Shown: positions 33,057 to 42,902, counted from the first letter of the stretch. The stretch: 64,000 bases of DNA from an uncultured Chloroflexia bacterium (GCA_963713975.1 OY970218.1:1-64000), one strand, 5' to 3'. Notes: a model not told the origin generated them from the sequence alone. Program-made: numbers and translations.

Positions 33057-34184
33057 ATGACCGAGCTGGAGTACCGCCTGGCAAGCGCCGTCCTGCGCGT
33101 CCTCGGCTGGCTGATCGACCTGCTGCCGGCCGATCCCGGGCGCGTGGTCCTGTCGACGGCCCGGCTCGACGTCCTGGATGGCAATCTCCTGGGCATCCAC
33201 GGGGCGATCCGCCGCCTGCGCCCGGATGTCCGCCCGGTCCTCCTGCTCGAGCCGTATGGGTACGGGCTGACGGCCAAGCTCCGCTACCTGGTCCGCCTGG
33301 TCCGGGGGATCTACCACGTGCGGACGGCCGGGCTGGTCGTCGTCGACAATGCCTACCTGCCCATCCACGTCGCGCCCCACCGGCCGCGAACGACCGTGGT
33401 CCAGGTCTGGCACGCATCCGGCGCCCTGAAGCGCTTCGGGATGGACACGGTCGTCCCCCCGGCCGAGCCGGAGCGCACGTTCCTGCACCGGCACTACGAC
33501 TTCGTCGTGACCGCCGGCGAGCAGAGCGTCGACCCGTGGTCTCGTGCACTGCGGACACCACCCGAACGGGTGCTTGCCCTGGGTGCGCCGAGGACCGACG
33601 CCCTCCTTGACGCCGACGCGCTGGCGGCGGCCAGGGGCAGGATCCTCGCTGCCTACCCCAGCCTGGCCGGACGGCGGATCATGCTGTACGCGCCGACCTT
33701 CCGCGGTCGCGGCCGGGACAAGACGGGCACCGCGGCGCTGGACGGGGAGCGGCTGCGCACCCTCCTCCCCGCCGCGTGGGCGATGGTTATCAAGTCCCAC
33801 CCGAACCTCGATCCGGCGACCCAGCCGATCGCCGGGTTCGACCTGGCGGGCGGGCCGGCGGAGGATCTCAACGACTGGCTGGCGGCCGCAGATGTGCTGG
33901 TCACGGACTACTCGTCGGCGATCTTCGACTGGGCGCTCCTGCGACGCCCGCTGGTGCTGCTGGTGGACGACCTCGAGGCGTACGAGCGCGATCCGGGCCT
34001 CTACCTCGACTACCGGACGGACATGATCGGGACGCAGGTCCACGACGCCGAAGGGGTGGCCGGCGCGGTGTTGGCGGGGGCGGTCGACGCCACGCGCTGG
34101 GATGCCTTCATCGCGCGCCACATGACCGCGTGCGACGGACGCGCGAGCGAGCGGTTCGTGGAGCGGTTCCTGCCAGCCAGGTGA
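33057..34184 (+). CDS. CDP-glycerol/ribitol phosphotransferase family protein (TagB-like)
   Basis: QVWHASGALKRFG, GAPRTD, LYAPTFRG and TDYSSAIFDW. Confidence 0.9.
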   Translation: MTELEYRLASAVLRVLGWLIDLLPADPGRVVLSTARLDVLDGNLLGIHGAIRRLRPDVRPVLLLEPYGYGLTAKLRYLVRLVRGIYHVRTAGLVVVDNAYLPIHVAPHRPRTTVVQVWHASGALKRFGMDTVVPPAEPERTFLHRHYDFVVTAGEQSVDPWSRALRTPPERVLALGAPRTDALLDADALAAARGRILAAYPSLAGRRIMLYAPTFRGRGRDKTGTAALDGERLRTLLPAAWAMVIKSHPNLDPATQPIAGFDLAGGPAEDLNDWLAAADVLVTDYSSAIFDWALLRRPLVLLVDDLEAYERDPGLYLDYRTDMIGTQVHDAEGVAGAVLAGAVDATRWDAFIARHMTACDGRASERFVERFLPAR

Positions 34185-34243
34185 CCGGGCCGGGCCACGC
34201 ACGGGTCCGCTCGTCGCGGCCCCCGATGCGGCACACTGCCTCC

Positions 34244-35185
34244 ATGACTACGAAGATCATCCTCGACGTCGACACCGGCACCGACGACGCAGTCGCGCTC
34301 ATGGTCGCCGCGCTCTCGCCCGATGTCGACCTCGTGGGAGCGACGGTCGTCAACGGCAACACCATGCTCGATTCGTGCGTGGAGAACACGCTCCGCGTCC
34401 TCGAATGGATCGGGATGCCGGAGGTCCCGGTCCACCGTGGGATGTCCCGGCCCCTGGCGCGGGCGCAGGCCGTGCAGCCCAACCCGGCGAGCCTGATCCA
34501 CGGCGACAAGCTGGACCTGCCGGAGGCGACCATCCACGCCGGTGAGCAGCATGCCGTCGACTGGCTGATCGACACGTACCTCGCGTCCGACGGCGACATC
34601 ACCCTCGTGCCGGTCGGGCCGCTGACCAACATCGCGACAGCGATGCAGAAGGAGCCCCGCATCCTCGACCTGATCCCGGAGATCGTGATCATGGGCGGCG
34701 CCCACGACCACGGGAATGCCACGGCTTCCGCCGAGTTCAACATCTGGCTGGACCCGGAGGCGGCGCGGATCGTCGTCAACAGCGGCCGGCCCATCCGAAT
34801 GCTGCCCCTGGACGCGACCCACCGGGCGCTCGTCTCGGCCGAGGACTGCGGGCGGCTGCGCGCCCTGGGCACGCCCGCGGGGGAGGCCGCCGCCCGGTTC
34901 GTCAGCAAGCGGATCGAGGGCTACGACGCCACCCAGCCGATGCACCGGGCCGGCGCCGCGCCGGTCCACGACGCGCTGGCGGTGTGCGCGGTCATCGATC
35001 CATCCGTGATCACGACCCACTTCATCCCGGTGGACGTCGAGACCGGCGGGTTCCTCTCGGACGGGCGGACGGTGTGCGACTTCAGGTTCCGCAGCCGCAG
35101 GCCCGCCAACGTGCAGTTTGCGATGGATGCGGACGAGCCGAGGTTCGTGGCGATGCTGCTGGACATCCTGGGTCGGACCGCGTAG
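34244..35185 (+). CDS. Inosine/uridine-preferring nucleoside hydrolase
   Basis: DVDTGTDD, GPLTN, MGG, AEFN.W.DPEAA and HD motifs. Confidence 0.93.
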   Translation: MTTKIILDVDTGTDDAVALMVAALSPDVDLVGATVVNGNTMLDSCVENTLRVLEWIGMPEVPVHRGMSRPLARAQAVQPNPASLIHGDKLDLPEATIHAGEQHAVDWLIDTYLASDGDITLVPVGPLTNIATAMQKEPRILDLIPEIVIMGGAHDHGNATASAEFNIWLDPEAARIVVNSGRPIRMLPLDATHRALVSAEDCGRLRALGTPAGEAAARFVSKRIEGYDATQPMHRAGAAPVHDALAVCAVIDPSVITTHFIPVDVETGGFLSDGRTVCDFRFRSRRPANVQFAMDADEPRFVAMLLDILGRTA

Positions 35186-35312
35186 CCGGACTGCGCTTCC
35201 GTCGCGAGCCGGACGTCGAACGGCACCGCCGATCGGGCCCAACGGCCGCCGAAGCTATTGCCGGTGGGGCGTAGGGTTGGGTGGACCCGCCGCAAGCGGG
35301 GAGGAGGCGACC

Positions 35313-36284
35313 ATGACGACCCGCGAGCGATCCGGCTCCAGCGTCCAGGCAGCACCGGCCGTCGGGCCCAGGGTCATCCGGGCCCGAACCCACGATGAAC
35401 CGGATCCCGCCGAGCCGTGGGAACTGCCGGCCGACGAGGAGCTCCTCACGGAGCTCTCCACGCGGCGCTTCGAGCGGCTGCCACACCGCCCTGCATCGCT
35501 GGCGGAGGTGCCGGAAGGGGCGCTCGGCGACCTGCGGCCCGTCATCGGGGACGTCGGGCCGGAGCAGCTGTTCGTGATCCCCCGGTCGGCACGGACGATC
35601 GATGCGGGCCGGTGGGTGGAGACGGCAACCGAGGTCATCGGGGTCGGTGACGATACGATCGCGATCTGGATCACCGATGCCGACGGGCCGCGCGTGCGCG
35701 CGCTGCTTTCCTTCGCGGACGTCGTTGCGATGCTCGACCGGAGCATCCTGCTCTACGGACGCCTCGAGATCATCGGGTCCGAGTCCTCCATCGTGGTGCG
35801 CTACAACACGGTTGGCCAGCCCGAGCTGCGCAACCTGCTGCTGCCCCTCCGACGCCTCGCGGCGCCGGTCGACGAGCCGTTGCCGGAGGACATCGGGAGC
35901 GACCCGGGTGACCTGCCGCACAAGTGGATGGCCCTGGTCCACTCGAGGGACGTCATGCCGCGCGGCATGGACCGCCTCGTCGTGGCCGCCGGGGACGTGG
36001 CAAACCCGGTGCCGCACCTGCACGACGGCGTGGCGGTGCTGTCCGGCACCGAGCTCGTCATCGCGACCGACCCCACGGCCGAGGTCGGGATGGCGCAGTA
36101 CGGCGTGGACCTGCTCGTCGTGGCGCGAAGCCGCCTGCGGTCACTCGGCGGCCGGGGCAGCACGTTGACCGTGAAGGCGGCGGCCGCTCCCCGGGACGTG
36201 GAGATCCGCCTGACCGCCCACCCGTCGCTGGTCAAGGAGGCGACCCGGTTGCTGGTACCGCTCGTCGGGACCGGCGAGGGCTGA
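35313..36284 (+). CDS. Hypothetical protein (323 aa)
   Basis: GAGGAGG RBS, high GC3 and globular-looking sequence. Confidence 0.75.
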   Translation: MTTRERSGSSVQAAPAVGPRVIRARTHDEPDPAEPWELPADEELLTELSTRRFERLPHRPASLAEVPEGALGDLRPVIGDVGPEQLFVIPRSARTIDAGRWVETATEVIGVGDDTIAIWITDADGPRVRALLSFADVVAMLDRSILLYGRLEIIGSESSIVVRYNTVGQPELRNLLLPLRRLAAPVDEPLPEDIGSDPGDLPHKWMALVHSRDVMPRGMDRLVVAAGDVANPVPHLHDGVAVLSGTELVIATDPTAEVGMAQYGVDLLVVARSRLRSLGGRGSTLTVKAAAAPRDVEIRLTAHPSLVKEATRLLVPLVGTGEG

Positions 36285-36295
36285 GGACGCGACCG

Positions 36296-36739
36296 TCAGC
36301 CGACGCGGCTGAAGGCCTCCGCGATCCGGATCAGCCGATCGCGCAGTTCCGGCTCGGACTCGAACGGGGCCGCGATCTCCGCGATGCGGGCCCGACGATC
36401 GTCGATGATGGCGGCCTGAACCTGCCGGCCCGCGACGGTCAGCCGGGCGCGCGAAGCCCTGCGGTCGCGATCGTCCGGGCTCACCTCGATCAGGCCGCGC
36501 CTCTCGAGTCGATGGACCTGGCGGCTCGTCGCCGGTAGCGTCACACCGACGCGCCTCGCCACCTCGCCGATGCGCATCCCGGTGTCGGATTCGCCGAGCA
36601 CGACCAGCACCCGCCACTGCGGAAAGGTGAGCTCGAAGTCGGGCCGGGCGGCGCCGATTGCGACGGTCGTCAGCGCCACGCCCGCGAAGATGATCCGTTC
36701 GAGCGACTCCGCGACCGTCTGTTCGCTGGTGACCGTCAT
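36296..36739 (-). CDS. MarR family transcriptional regulator
   Basis: LTFPQWRVLVVL..IGEVA..TSRQVHRLERRGLI..DRR..LT..G. Confidence 0.9.
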   Translation of the reverse strand: MTVTSEQTVAESLERIIFAGVALTTVAIGAARPDFELTFPQWRVLVVLGESDTGMRIGEVARRVGVTLPATSRQVHRLERRGLIEVSPDDRDRRASRARLTVAGRQVQAAIIDDRRARIAEIAAPFESEPELRDRLIRIAEAFSRVG

Positions 36740-36974
36740 CGTGCCCTCGAGCAGTGCGAATGCGCAGGGCCGCCGGGGCAAAGCTTCCCGGACCTGCGGA
36801 CCGGCTTCGCGCGCCGGTTCCCGGAGTCTAGCGCCCGGCCGCCGGTCGCCGGATGCCCTGTCGGGAGACCGGCCATTGACGGCGGGGCACTGGCCAGATA
36901 CTTGCCTGTGGGCTATCATATGTGGGACCGGCCCGTGCCTTGCCGGGCAGACCCCCGAACACGAAGGAGTGTCC

Positions 36975-37274
36975 ATGCTGCAACTCACGAGCCGAGCGAA
37001 GGATCACCTGGTGCGAGTCCGCCGCGAGCGCGGCGTGGATGAAAGCGCCGGTGCACGGCTGGTCCCCAGCGAAGGCCGCGTGAGGCTCACCTTCGTGCAG
37101 ACGCCCAAGGAGGGTGACCGGCTCACGCAGACCGATCCAATCCGGGTCTTCGTCGCTCCCGAGGTCGCGGGCGCGCTGGACCACGCGACGATCGACGTCC
37201 GCGAGAGTGCCGGGAGGAACGTCCTCGTGTTCCGACGCCGGGCGCGCCGGACCGCGTCGGCCGCGCAGGCCTGA
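36975..37274 (+). CDS. HesB/IscA-like fold protein without cysteines
   Basis: MLQLTSRAKDHL..GARL..P.EGD..RVFVAPEVA..LD..TIDV; AAGGAG RBS. Confidence 0.65.
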   Translation: MLQLTSRAKDHLVRVRRERGVDESAGARLVPSEGRVRLTFVQTPKEGDRLTQTDPIRVFVAPEVAGALDHATIDVRESAGRNVLVFRRRARRTASAAQA

Positions 37275-37355
37275 CACCCGGGCGCCGCACCGGCGCCCTC
37301 GCGAATCGGAAAGACCTCCGGGATCCCGGAGGTCTTGTTCGTGCTGACCGGCTGA

Positions 37356-37431
37356 TGGCGCGCCCGGCGGGATTCGAACCCACGACCCCCAGCTCCGCAA
37401 GCTGGTGCTCTATCCACTGAGCTACGGGCGC
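37356..37431 (-). tRNA. tRNA-Arg(GCG)
   Basis: GCGCCCGTAGCTCAGTGGATAGAGCACCAGC-TT-GCG-GA-GCTGG...GCGCGCCA; A in the D-loop as for Arg identity. Confidence 0.93.
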
Positions 37432-37441
37432 ACGATGTGAC

Positions 37442-37533
<92 letters not shown>

Positions 37534-37983
37534 ACGTGCAGCGCCGGGGATCATAGCATCCGCGCTTGGCTTCTCCGGCTGGGTCGATGGCCCGGAGGGG
37601 TGCCGCGCGGCGATCGATCCGGCCCCCGCTGGGCGGTCTGGCGCAGCGCGGCCCAGCACCAGCAACGCCCCGCGGTCCCTGCTCGGATAGCCAAAGGACG
37701 ACTACTCGTCAGGTGGCTCAGGGATTCACGGCCGGTGCCCTCCTCCGGGACCGCGAACTCGCTGCCAGGTAGTCGCTCAATCCTGATCCTGTCAGCCACC
37801 AGTTCCTGGACGACGCGCTCGCCGGCCGAGGAAGGCCCAATCCGAGCCAGCTCGAGCGCTCGGGGCTGACGAACAACCGTGCTTGGACTATCTGCTGGAA
37901 ACGCCCCGCCATTGACACGGCCTGCTCGCGGCGCGCAGTTGGCAACCGCGGCGGGCCGGCAGTGGGCCATGGGCCGCTCCGAA

Positions 37984-38012
37984 TTGACACTTGGGGGTCC
38001 CTTGGATACCGT
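37984..38012 (+). promoter_or_regulatory. Promoter of the aro operon
   Basis: TTGACA-17-TACCGT. Confidence 0.7.
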
Positions 38013-38106
38013 CCATGACACCGATGTGCGCCATCTATCTCTTTACCTGCCCGGCATGACCGCCCCCGGAACCTAGAGACCCGGGAGTCGGCGGGTCGTG
38101 CCGGGT

Positions 38107-38141
38107 GAGCAGAGGTTTCGGACCTCTGCTCTTTTTGTTTT
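38107..38141 (+). terminator. Intrinsic terminator in the aro operon leader (attenuator)
   Basis: GAGCAGAGGT-TTCGG-ACCTCTGCTC-TTTTTGTTTT, located between the promoter and aroF. Confidence 0.85.
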
Positions 38142-38177
38142 CGCGATCACATTCAATTCGAAGGACCTGGAATTCAG

Positions 38178-39254
38178 ATGTTCGTGGTGATGCGGACCGG
38201 AGCCACCGAGGCCGAGGTCATCGGCGTGAAGGGCCTGATCCTGGCGGAGGGCCTGACGCCCTTCGAGAACGCCGGCTCGAACCGGACGGTGATCGCGATC
38301 GTGGGCGAGATCGGCCGCCGCCGGGAGGCACTGCGCACGCGCCTCGAGGCCACCCCGGGGGTGGCCAACGTCACCCCCATCTCCAAGCCCTACAAGTTGG
38401 TGTCGCGCGAGTTCCACCCGGACAACACCGAGATCCGGGTGCTCGACAGCATCGTGGGCGACGGTGGCTTGACCGTCATGGCCGGCCCGTGCTCCGTGGA
38501 GAGCCGCGACCAGCTGCTCGAGACAGTGGACCACGTCGCCAGCCATGGCGCGACGATCATCCGCGGCGGGGCGTTCAAGCCGCGCACCAGCCCGTACAGC
38601 TTCCAGGGGCTGGGGGTCGAAGGGCTGCGCTACCTCGCCGAGGCCCGCGAGCGGACCGGCCTGCCCGTGATCACCGAGGTCATGGAGCCGAGCCAGGTGG
38701 ACATCGTCGCCGAGTACGCCGACATCCTCCAGATCGGCACCCGGAACATGCAGAACTTCTCGCTGCTGCTGGCCTGCGGGCGGGCCGGCCGGCCGGTGAT
38801 GCTCAAGCGCGGCTTCGGGGCCACCATCGAGGAGTGGCTCATGGCGGCGGAGTACATCGCATCCGTGGGCAACAGCCAGATCATCCTGTGCGAGCGTGGC
38901 ATCCGGACATTCGAGACCAGCACCCGCAACACGCTGGACCTCACGGCGGTCCCGCTCCTCCACCACCTGACCCACCTGCCCGTGGTGGTGGACCCGTCGC
39001 ACGCGACCGGCAAGCGCTGGCTGGTCAAGCCCCTCGCGATCGGCAGCGTGGCCGTGGGGGCCGACGGGATCATGGTGGAGGTGCATCCCCGCCCGGAGGA
39101 GGCGCTCTCTGACGGCGAGCAGTCCCTGACGTTCGGGCTGTTCGACCAGATGATGACCGCGATCACGGCGGTGCACGCGCACGTGAAGGACCTCCACGGG
39201 GACCTCCTTCCGGCTGCCGGCCCGGACTCGACGACAGCGGCCGACGGGAGCTGA
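38178..39254 (+). CDS. aroF: DAHP synthase type I-beta with N-terminal regulatory domain
   Basis: [42 protein letters not shown] and DPSH. Confidence 0.96.
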   Translation: MFVVMRTGATEAEVIGVKGLILAEGLTPFENAGSNRTVIAIVGEIGRRREALRTRLEATPGVANVTPISKPYKLVSREFHPDNTEIRVLDSIVGDGGLTVMAGPCSVESRDQLLETVDHVASHGATIIRGGAFKPRTSPYSFQGLGVEGLRYLAEARERTGLPVITEVMEPSQVDIVAEYADILQIGTRNMQNFSLLLACGRAGRPVMLKRGFGATIEEWLMAAEYIASVGNSQIILCERGIRTFETSTRNTLDLTAVPLLHHLTHLPVVVDPSHATGKRWLVKPLAIGSVAVGADGIMVEVHPRPEEALSDGEQSLTFGLFDQMMTAITAVHAHVKDLHGDLLPAAGPDSTTAADGS

Positions 39255-39256
39255 CC

Positions 39257-40651
39257 GTGGTGGCGATGCCAACGGGCCCCGGGACCTTGGACGGGACGAC
39301 GACGCTCGCTGACGCGGTCCGAGGCGGGGCGCTCGTGATCCGGCCGGCGGCTCGTCTGCGCGGCCGGCCGGCGCTGCCGGGGGACAAGTCGATCTCCCAC
39401 CGCGCGCTGCTGATGGCGCTCCTCGCCGAGGGCGAGTCCCTGATCACGGCGGCCGGCGACGGCGCGGACGTCCGGTCGACGGCCGGCATCGTCGAGGCGC
39501 TCGGGGCGCGCGTGGAGCGGGTCGCCGAGTACGCCGGACGCGTTGACTATCGCGTCATCTCGCCTGGTGGCGATGCGCTCCAGGAGCCGGGTGGCGTCCT
39601 CGATTGTGGCAATTCCGGCACCACCGCGCGACTGGTCACGGGACTGCTCGCGGGTCGGCCGTTGTCCGCTGTGCTGGACGGTGATGCATCGCTTCGCCGG
39701 CGACCGATGGGCCGCGTGGTCGAGCCGCTGCAGGCCATGGGAGCGGTCCTGGCCGGCCGGGACGGGAACACGCTGCTGCCGCTGTCCGTGCGTGGCCGGG
39801 CGCGACTGGCGCCCATCGACGTCAGAACCGCGGTCCCCAGTGCCCAGGTCAAGTCGGCGATCCTGCTGGCTGGCCTCGCCGCGGACGGTGAGACGCGCGT
39901 GACCGAGGCCATCGCGACCCGCGATCACACCGAGCGCATGCTCCGGGCCCGCGGCGTGACGGTGCGGGAGGAGACCGCATCGGACGGCGCCCACACGGTG
40001 CTCCTGGCAGGCCCCGCTCGCGTTACCGCGATCGACGACGCCGTACCGGCCGATCCCTCCGCGGCGGCGTTCTGGCTGGTGGCCGCGTCCATCCACCCGG
40101 ACGCGGAGCTGCACCTCGAGCGAGTCAGCACGAACCCGACTCGGCGTGCCATCATCGACATCCTCCGGCGCATGGGCGCCGACATCGAGGAGCGCGACGT
40201 CCCGGGTCCCGGCGGCCCGGACGGCGAACCCCTCGCGGACCTCGTGGTCCGGTCCGGCGAGCTTCGGGGCATCGATCTCTCCCCCGCCGAGGTGGCGACG
40301 GCGATCGACGAGATCCCGATCCTGTGCCTGGCCGCGACGGCGGCGTCCGGGATCACGCGCATCCGCGGAGCCGGGGAGCTCCGCCACAAGGAGTCCGACC
40401 GGATCGCAGGGATCGCGGGCGGGCTGACGGCGCTTGGGGCGCACGTGCGCGTCGACGGCGACGACATCGAGATCGACGGGGGCACGCACCTGCGGGGCGC
40501 GGTCACCGACACCATGGACGATCACCGGCTGGCGATGACCTTCGCCGTTGCCGGCCTCATCGCCGAGGGCGAGACCACCGTCACCCGACCTGGGTCGGCG
40601 GCGATCTCGTACCCCGGCTTCTTCTCACAACTCGAAGGGGTGCGAGCATGA
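39257..40651 (+). CDS. aroA: EPSP synthase
   Basis: PGDKSISHR, GNSGT, SAQVKSA, RDHTE, KESDR and DHR. Confidence 0.96.
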   Translation: MVAMPTGPGTLDGTTTLADAVRGGALVIRPAARLRGRPALPGDKSISHRALLMALLAEGESLITAAGDGADVRSTAGIVEALGARVERVAEYAGRVDYRVISPGGDALQEPGGVLDCGNSGTTARLVTGLLAGRPLSAVLDGDASLRRRPMGRVVEPLQAMGAVLAGRDGNTLLPLSVRGRARLAPIDVRTAVPSAQVKSAILLAGLAADGETRVTEAIATRDHTERMLRARGVTVREETASDGAHTVLLAGPARVTAIDDAVPADPSAAAFWLVAASIHPDAELHLERVSTNPTRRAIIDILRRMGADIEERDVPGPGGPDGEPLADLVVRSGELRGIDLSPAEVATAIDEIPILCLAATAASGITRIRGAGELRHKESDRIAGIAGGLTALGAHVRVDGDDIEIDGGTHLRGAVTDTMDDHRLAMTFAVAGLIAEGETTVTRPGSAAISYPGFFSQLEGVRA

Positions 40652-41568
40652 CGAAGCGCGTCGTCCTCATCGGCCACCCGGTGGCCCACTCGCTCTCGGG
40701 CGCGATGCAGCAGGTGGCATTCGACCACCTCGGCATCGACGCCGCGTACGAGCTCTGGGACCGCGCTCCCGTCGAGCTCGCCGAGGCAATCTCCGAGCTC
40801 CGTGCGGAGGAGTTCCTGGGCGCCAACATCACGATCCCCCACAAGGAGCGGGTCGTTCCCCACGTCGACAAGCTGACCGAGGAGGCGCACGCGACGGGCG
40901 CCCTCAACACGATCACCCGGGAAGGCCGGAAGCTTGTCGGCCACAACACGGACGTCGCGGGCTTCAAAGTTGCCCTCGACAAGCTGGTGGGCCGTCAGAA
41001 GATGCCGCGCCACGCGGTGGTTCTCGGCGCCGGCGGTGGGGCCCGGGCCGTGGTCCACGGCCTGATCCGCGAAGGGTTCCAGCGCGTGGTCGTGTTCAAC
41101 CGGCACCTGCACCGCGCGGAGGGCATGGTCAAGCACTTCAGCCGCAGCGCCGCCCACATGGATCTGCGGGCGATGCCCTGGCACGAGTCGATCATCGAGG
41201 CCGAGCTCGCCAAGGCCAAGGTGCTGGTGAACGCGACGTCGATCGGCCTGCTCGCGGACGAGTCGCCGGTGCCGGGCGAGATCCTCCCGCCGGACCTTCT
41301 GGTGCTGGACCTGATCTATGCGCGGACGATGCTCCTGAAGGATGCGGACAGGGCGGGGTGCGAGACGCTGGACGGCGGCACGATGCTCCTGCACCAGGGC
41401 GCTGCCGCGTTCACGCTCTGGACCGGTCAGCCGGCTCCCCTGGACCAGATGCAGGCCGCCCTCGAGGACGCCCGTGCCCGTGGCCTGACCTCAGCCGAGG
41501 GCGAGCCGGCGGGGCTGGATCCGGATGCACCTGCCGGGTCCGCCGGGACCGGGCCCGACGGGGCCTGA
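40648..41568 (+). CDS. aroE: Shikimate dehydrogenase
   Basis: GHPVAHSLS, NITIPHK, NTD, GAGGGAR, NATSIG and LHQG. Confidence 0.95.
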   Translation: MTKRVVLIGHPVAHSLSGAMQQVAFDHLGIDAAYELWDRAPVELAEAISELRAEEFLGANITIPHKERVVPHVDKLTEEAHATGALNTITREGRKLVGHNTDVAGFKVALDKLVGRQKMPRHAVVLGAGGGARAVVHGLIREGFQRVVVFNRHLHRAEGMVKHFSRSAAHMDLRAMPWHESIIEAELAKAKVLVNATSIGLLADESPVPGEILPPDLLVLDLIYARTMLLKDADRAGCETLDGGTMLLHQGAAAFTLWTGQPAPLDQMQAALEDARARGLTSAEGEPAGLDPDAPAGSAGTGPDGA

Positions 41569-41590
41569 CGGCCGGCCGCGGACGACGAGC

Positions 41591-42892
41591 GTGGACCGCT
41601 TCCGGTTCCTCACGGCGGGCGAGAGCCACGGCCCCACGCTGGGTGCCGTGGTGGAGGGCGTTCCGGCCGGTCTTGCGCTGACCGAGGACGACCTCGCGGT
41701 CGATCTTGCCCGCCGCCAGCGCGGCTATGGGCGCGGCGCTCGCCAGGCCATCGAGCAGGACCGGGCCCGGATCCTGTCGGGAGTCCGGCACGGCCGCACG
41801 CTGGGATCGCCGATCCTGCTCGAGGTGGCCAACCGCGACTGGGACAACTGGACCCGTGTGATGCAGGTTGGCCCGCTCTCGGACGAGGACGCGGCGGAGC
41901 TCGCCCGGATGGCCGGGGACGGCAACAAGCGTGCGCTGCCGATCACGGCCGTGCGACCGGGGCACGCGGACCTCGCTGGCTCGCTCAAGTACGGGTTCAA
42001 CGACGTTCGCAACGCCCTGGAGCGGTCGTCCGCCCGGGAGACGACGGCCCGTGTCGCGGCCGGTGGCGTCGCCCGCGCCTTCCTGCGCGAGCTCGGGATC
42101 GAGGTCTGGTCCTTCACGGCCGAGGTCGGTGGCGTGGCGGTGGACCCTGCCCGCTGCTCCCGGTCCCACGACGAGGCGGATGCCTCCCCTCTGCGCTGCC
42201 CGGACCCGGACGCCGAGGCGGCGATGATCGCGCGCATCGACGAGGCCCGCTCGAACGGCGACACCGTCGGCGGCGTGTTCGAGGTGGTCGTCCACGGGGC
42301 CCCGATCGGGCTCGGCAGCTACGTCCACTGGGACCGGCGCCTGGATGCGGCGCTGGCCGCCGCGATGATGAGCATCAACATCGTCAAGGGCGTGGAGATC
42401 GGGCTCGGGTTCGAGCAGACGCGCCGGTTCGGCTCACAGGTCCACGACGTCATCGACGGGCGTCGCGAGGACGGCACCTGGATCCACCGCAGCAACAACG
42501 CGGGCGGGCTCACCGGCGGCGTCACGAACGGCGAGCCGATCGTGGTACGTGGAGCGGTCAAGCCGATCTCCACGCTGGCCCGGCCACTGCCGACGGCAGA
42601 CCTGGTAACGGGTGAGCCGGCTGACAAGGCCCACTACGAGCGGAGCGACATCTCGGTCGTGCCGGCGGCCGGCGTGATCGGCGAGGCGATGGTGCTGCTC
42701 ACGCTGGCCCGGTTCGTGCTGGACAAGACGGGCGGCGACTCGATGATCGAGGTGGCCGACAACCTGAGCCGCTATCGGACCCGCATCGCGTCCACGCCGG
42801 CCGCGCCCGTCGCCGGAGATGGCAGCGGTGGGCACGCGACCCCGGGCGCCGACGCGACCCCGGGCGCCGACGCGACCCCGTCGGGCGACTGA
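41591..42892 (+). CDS. aroC: Chorismate synthase
   Basis: TAGESHG, RPGHAD, ERSSARET, GGLTGGVTNG and ERSD. Confidence 0.96.
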   Translation: MDRFRFLTAGESHGPTLGAVVEGVPAGLALTEDDLAVDLARRQRGYGRGARQAIEQDRARILSGVRHGRTLGSPILLEVANRDWDNWTRVMQVGPLSDEDAAELARMAGDGNKRALPITAVRPGHADLAGSLKYGFNDVRNALERSSARETTARVAAGGVARAFLRELGIEVWSFTAEVGGVAVDPARCSRSHDEADASPLRCPDPDAEAAMIARIDEARSNGDTVGGVFEVVVHGAPIGLGSYVHWDRRLDAALAAAMMSINIVKGVEIGLGFEQTRRFGSQVHDVIDGRREDGTWIHRSNNAGGLTGGVTNGEPIVVRGAVKPISTLARPLPTADLVTGEPADKAHYERSDISVVPAAGVIGEAMVLLTLARFVLDKTGGDSMIEVADNLSRYRTRIASTPAAPVAGDGSGGHATPGADATPGADATPSGD

Positions 42893-42902
42893 GGCCCGGT
42901 TG

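Noticed and set aside
37820-37850. RNase P RNA (GAGGAAGGCCC resembles GAGGAAAGTCC)
   Set aside because: The other RNase P conserved regions and the 3' P4 strand are not found.
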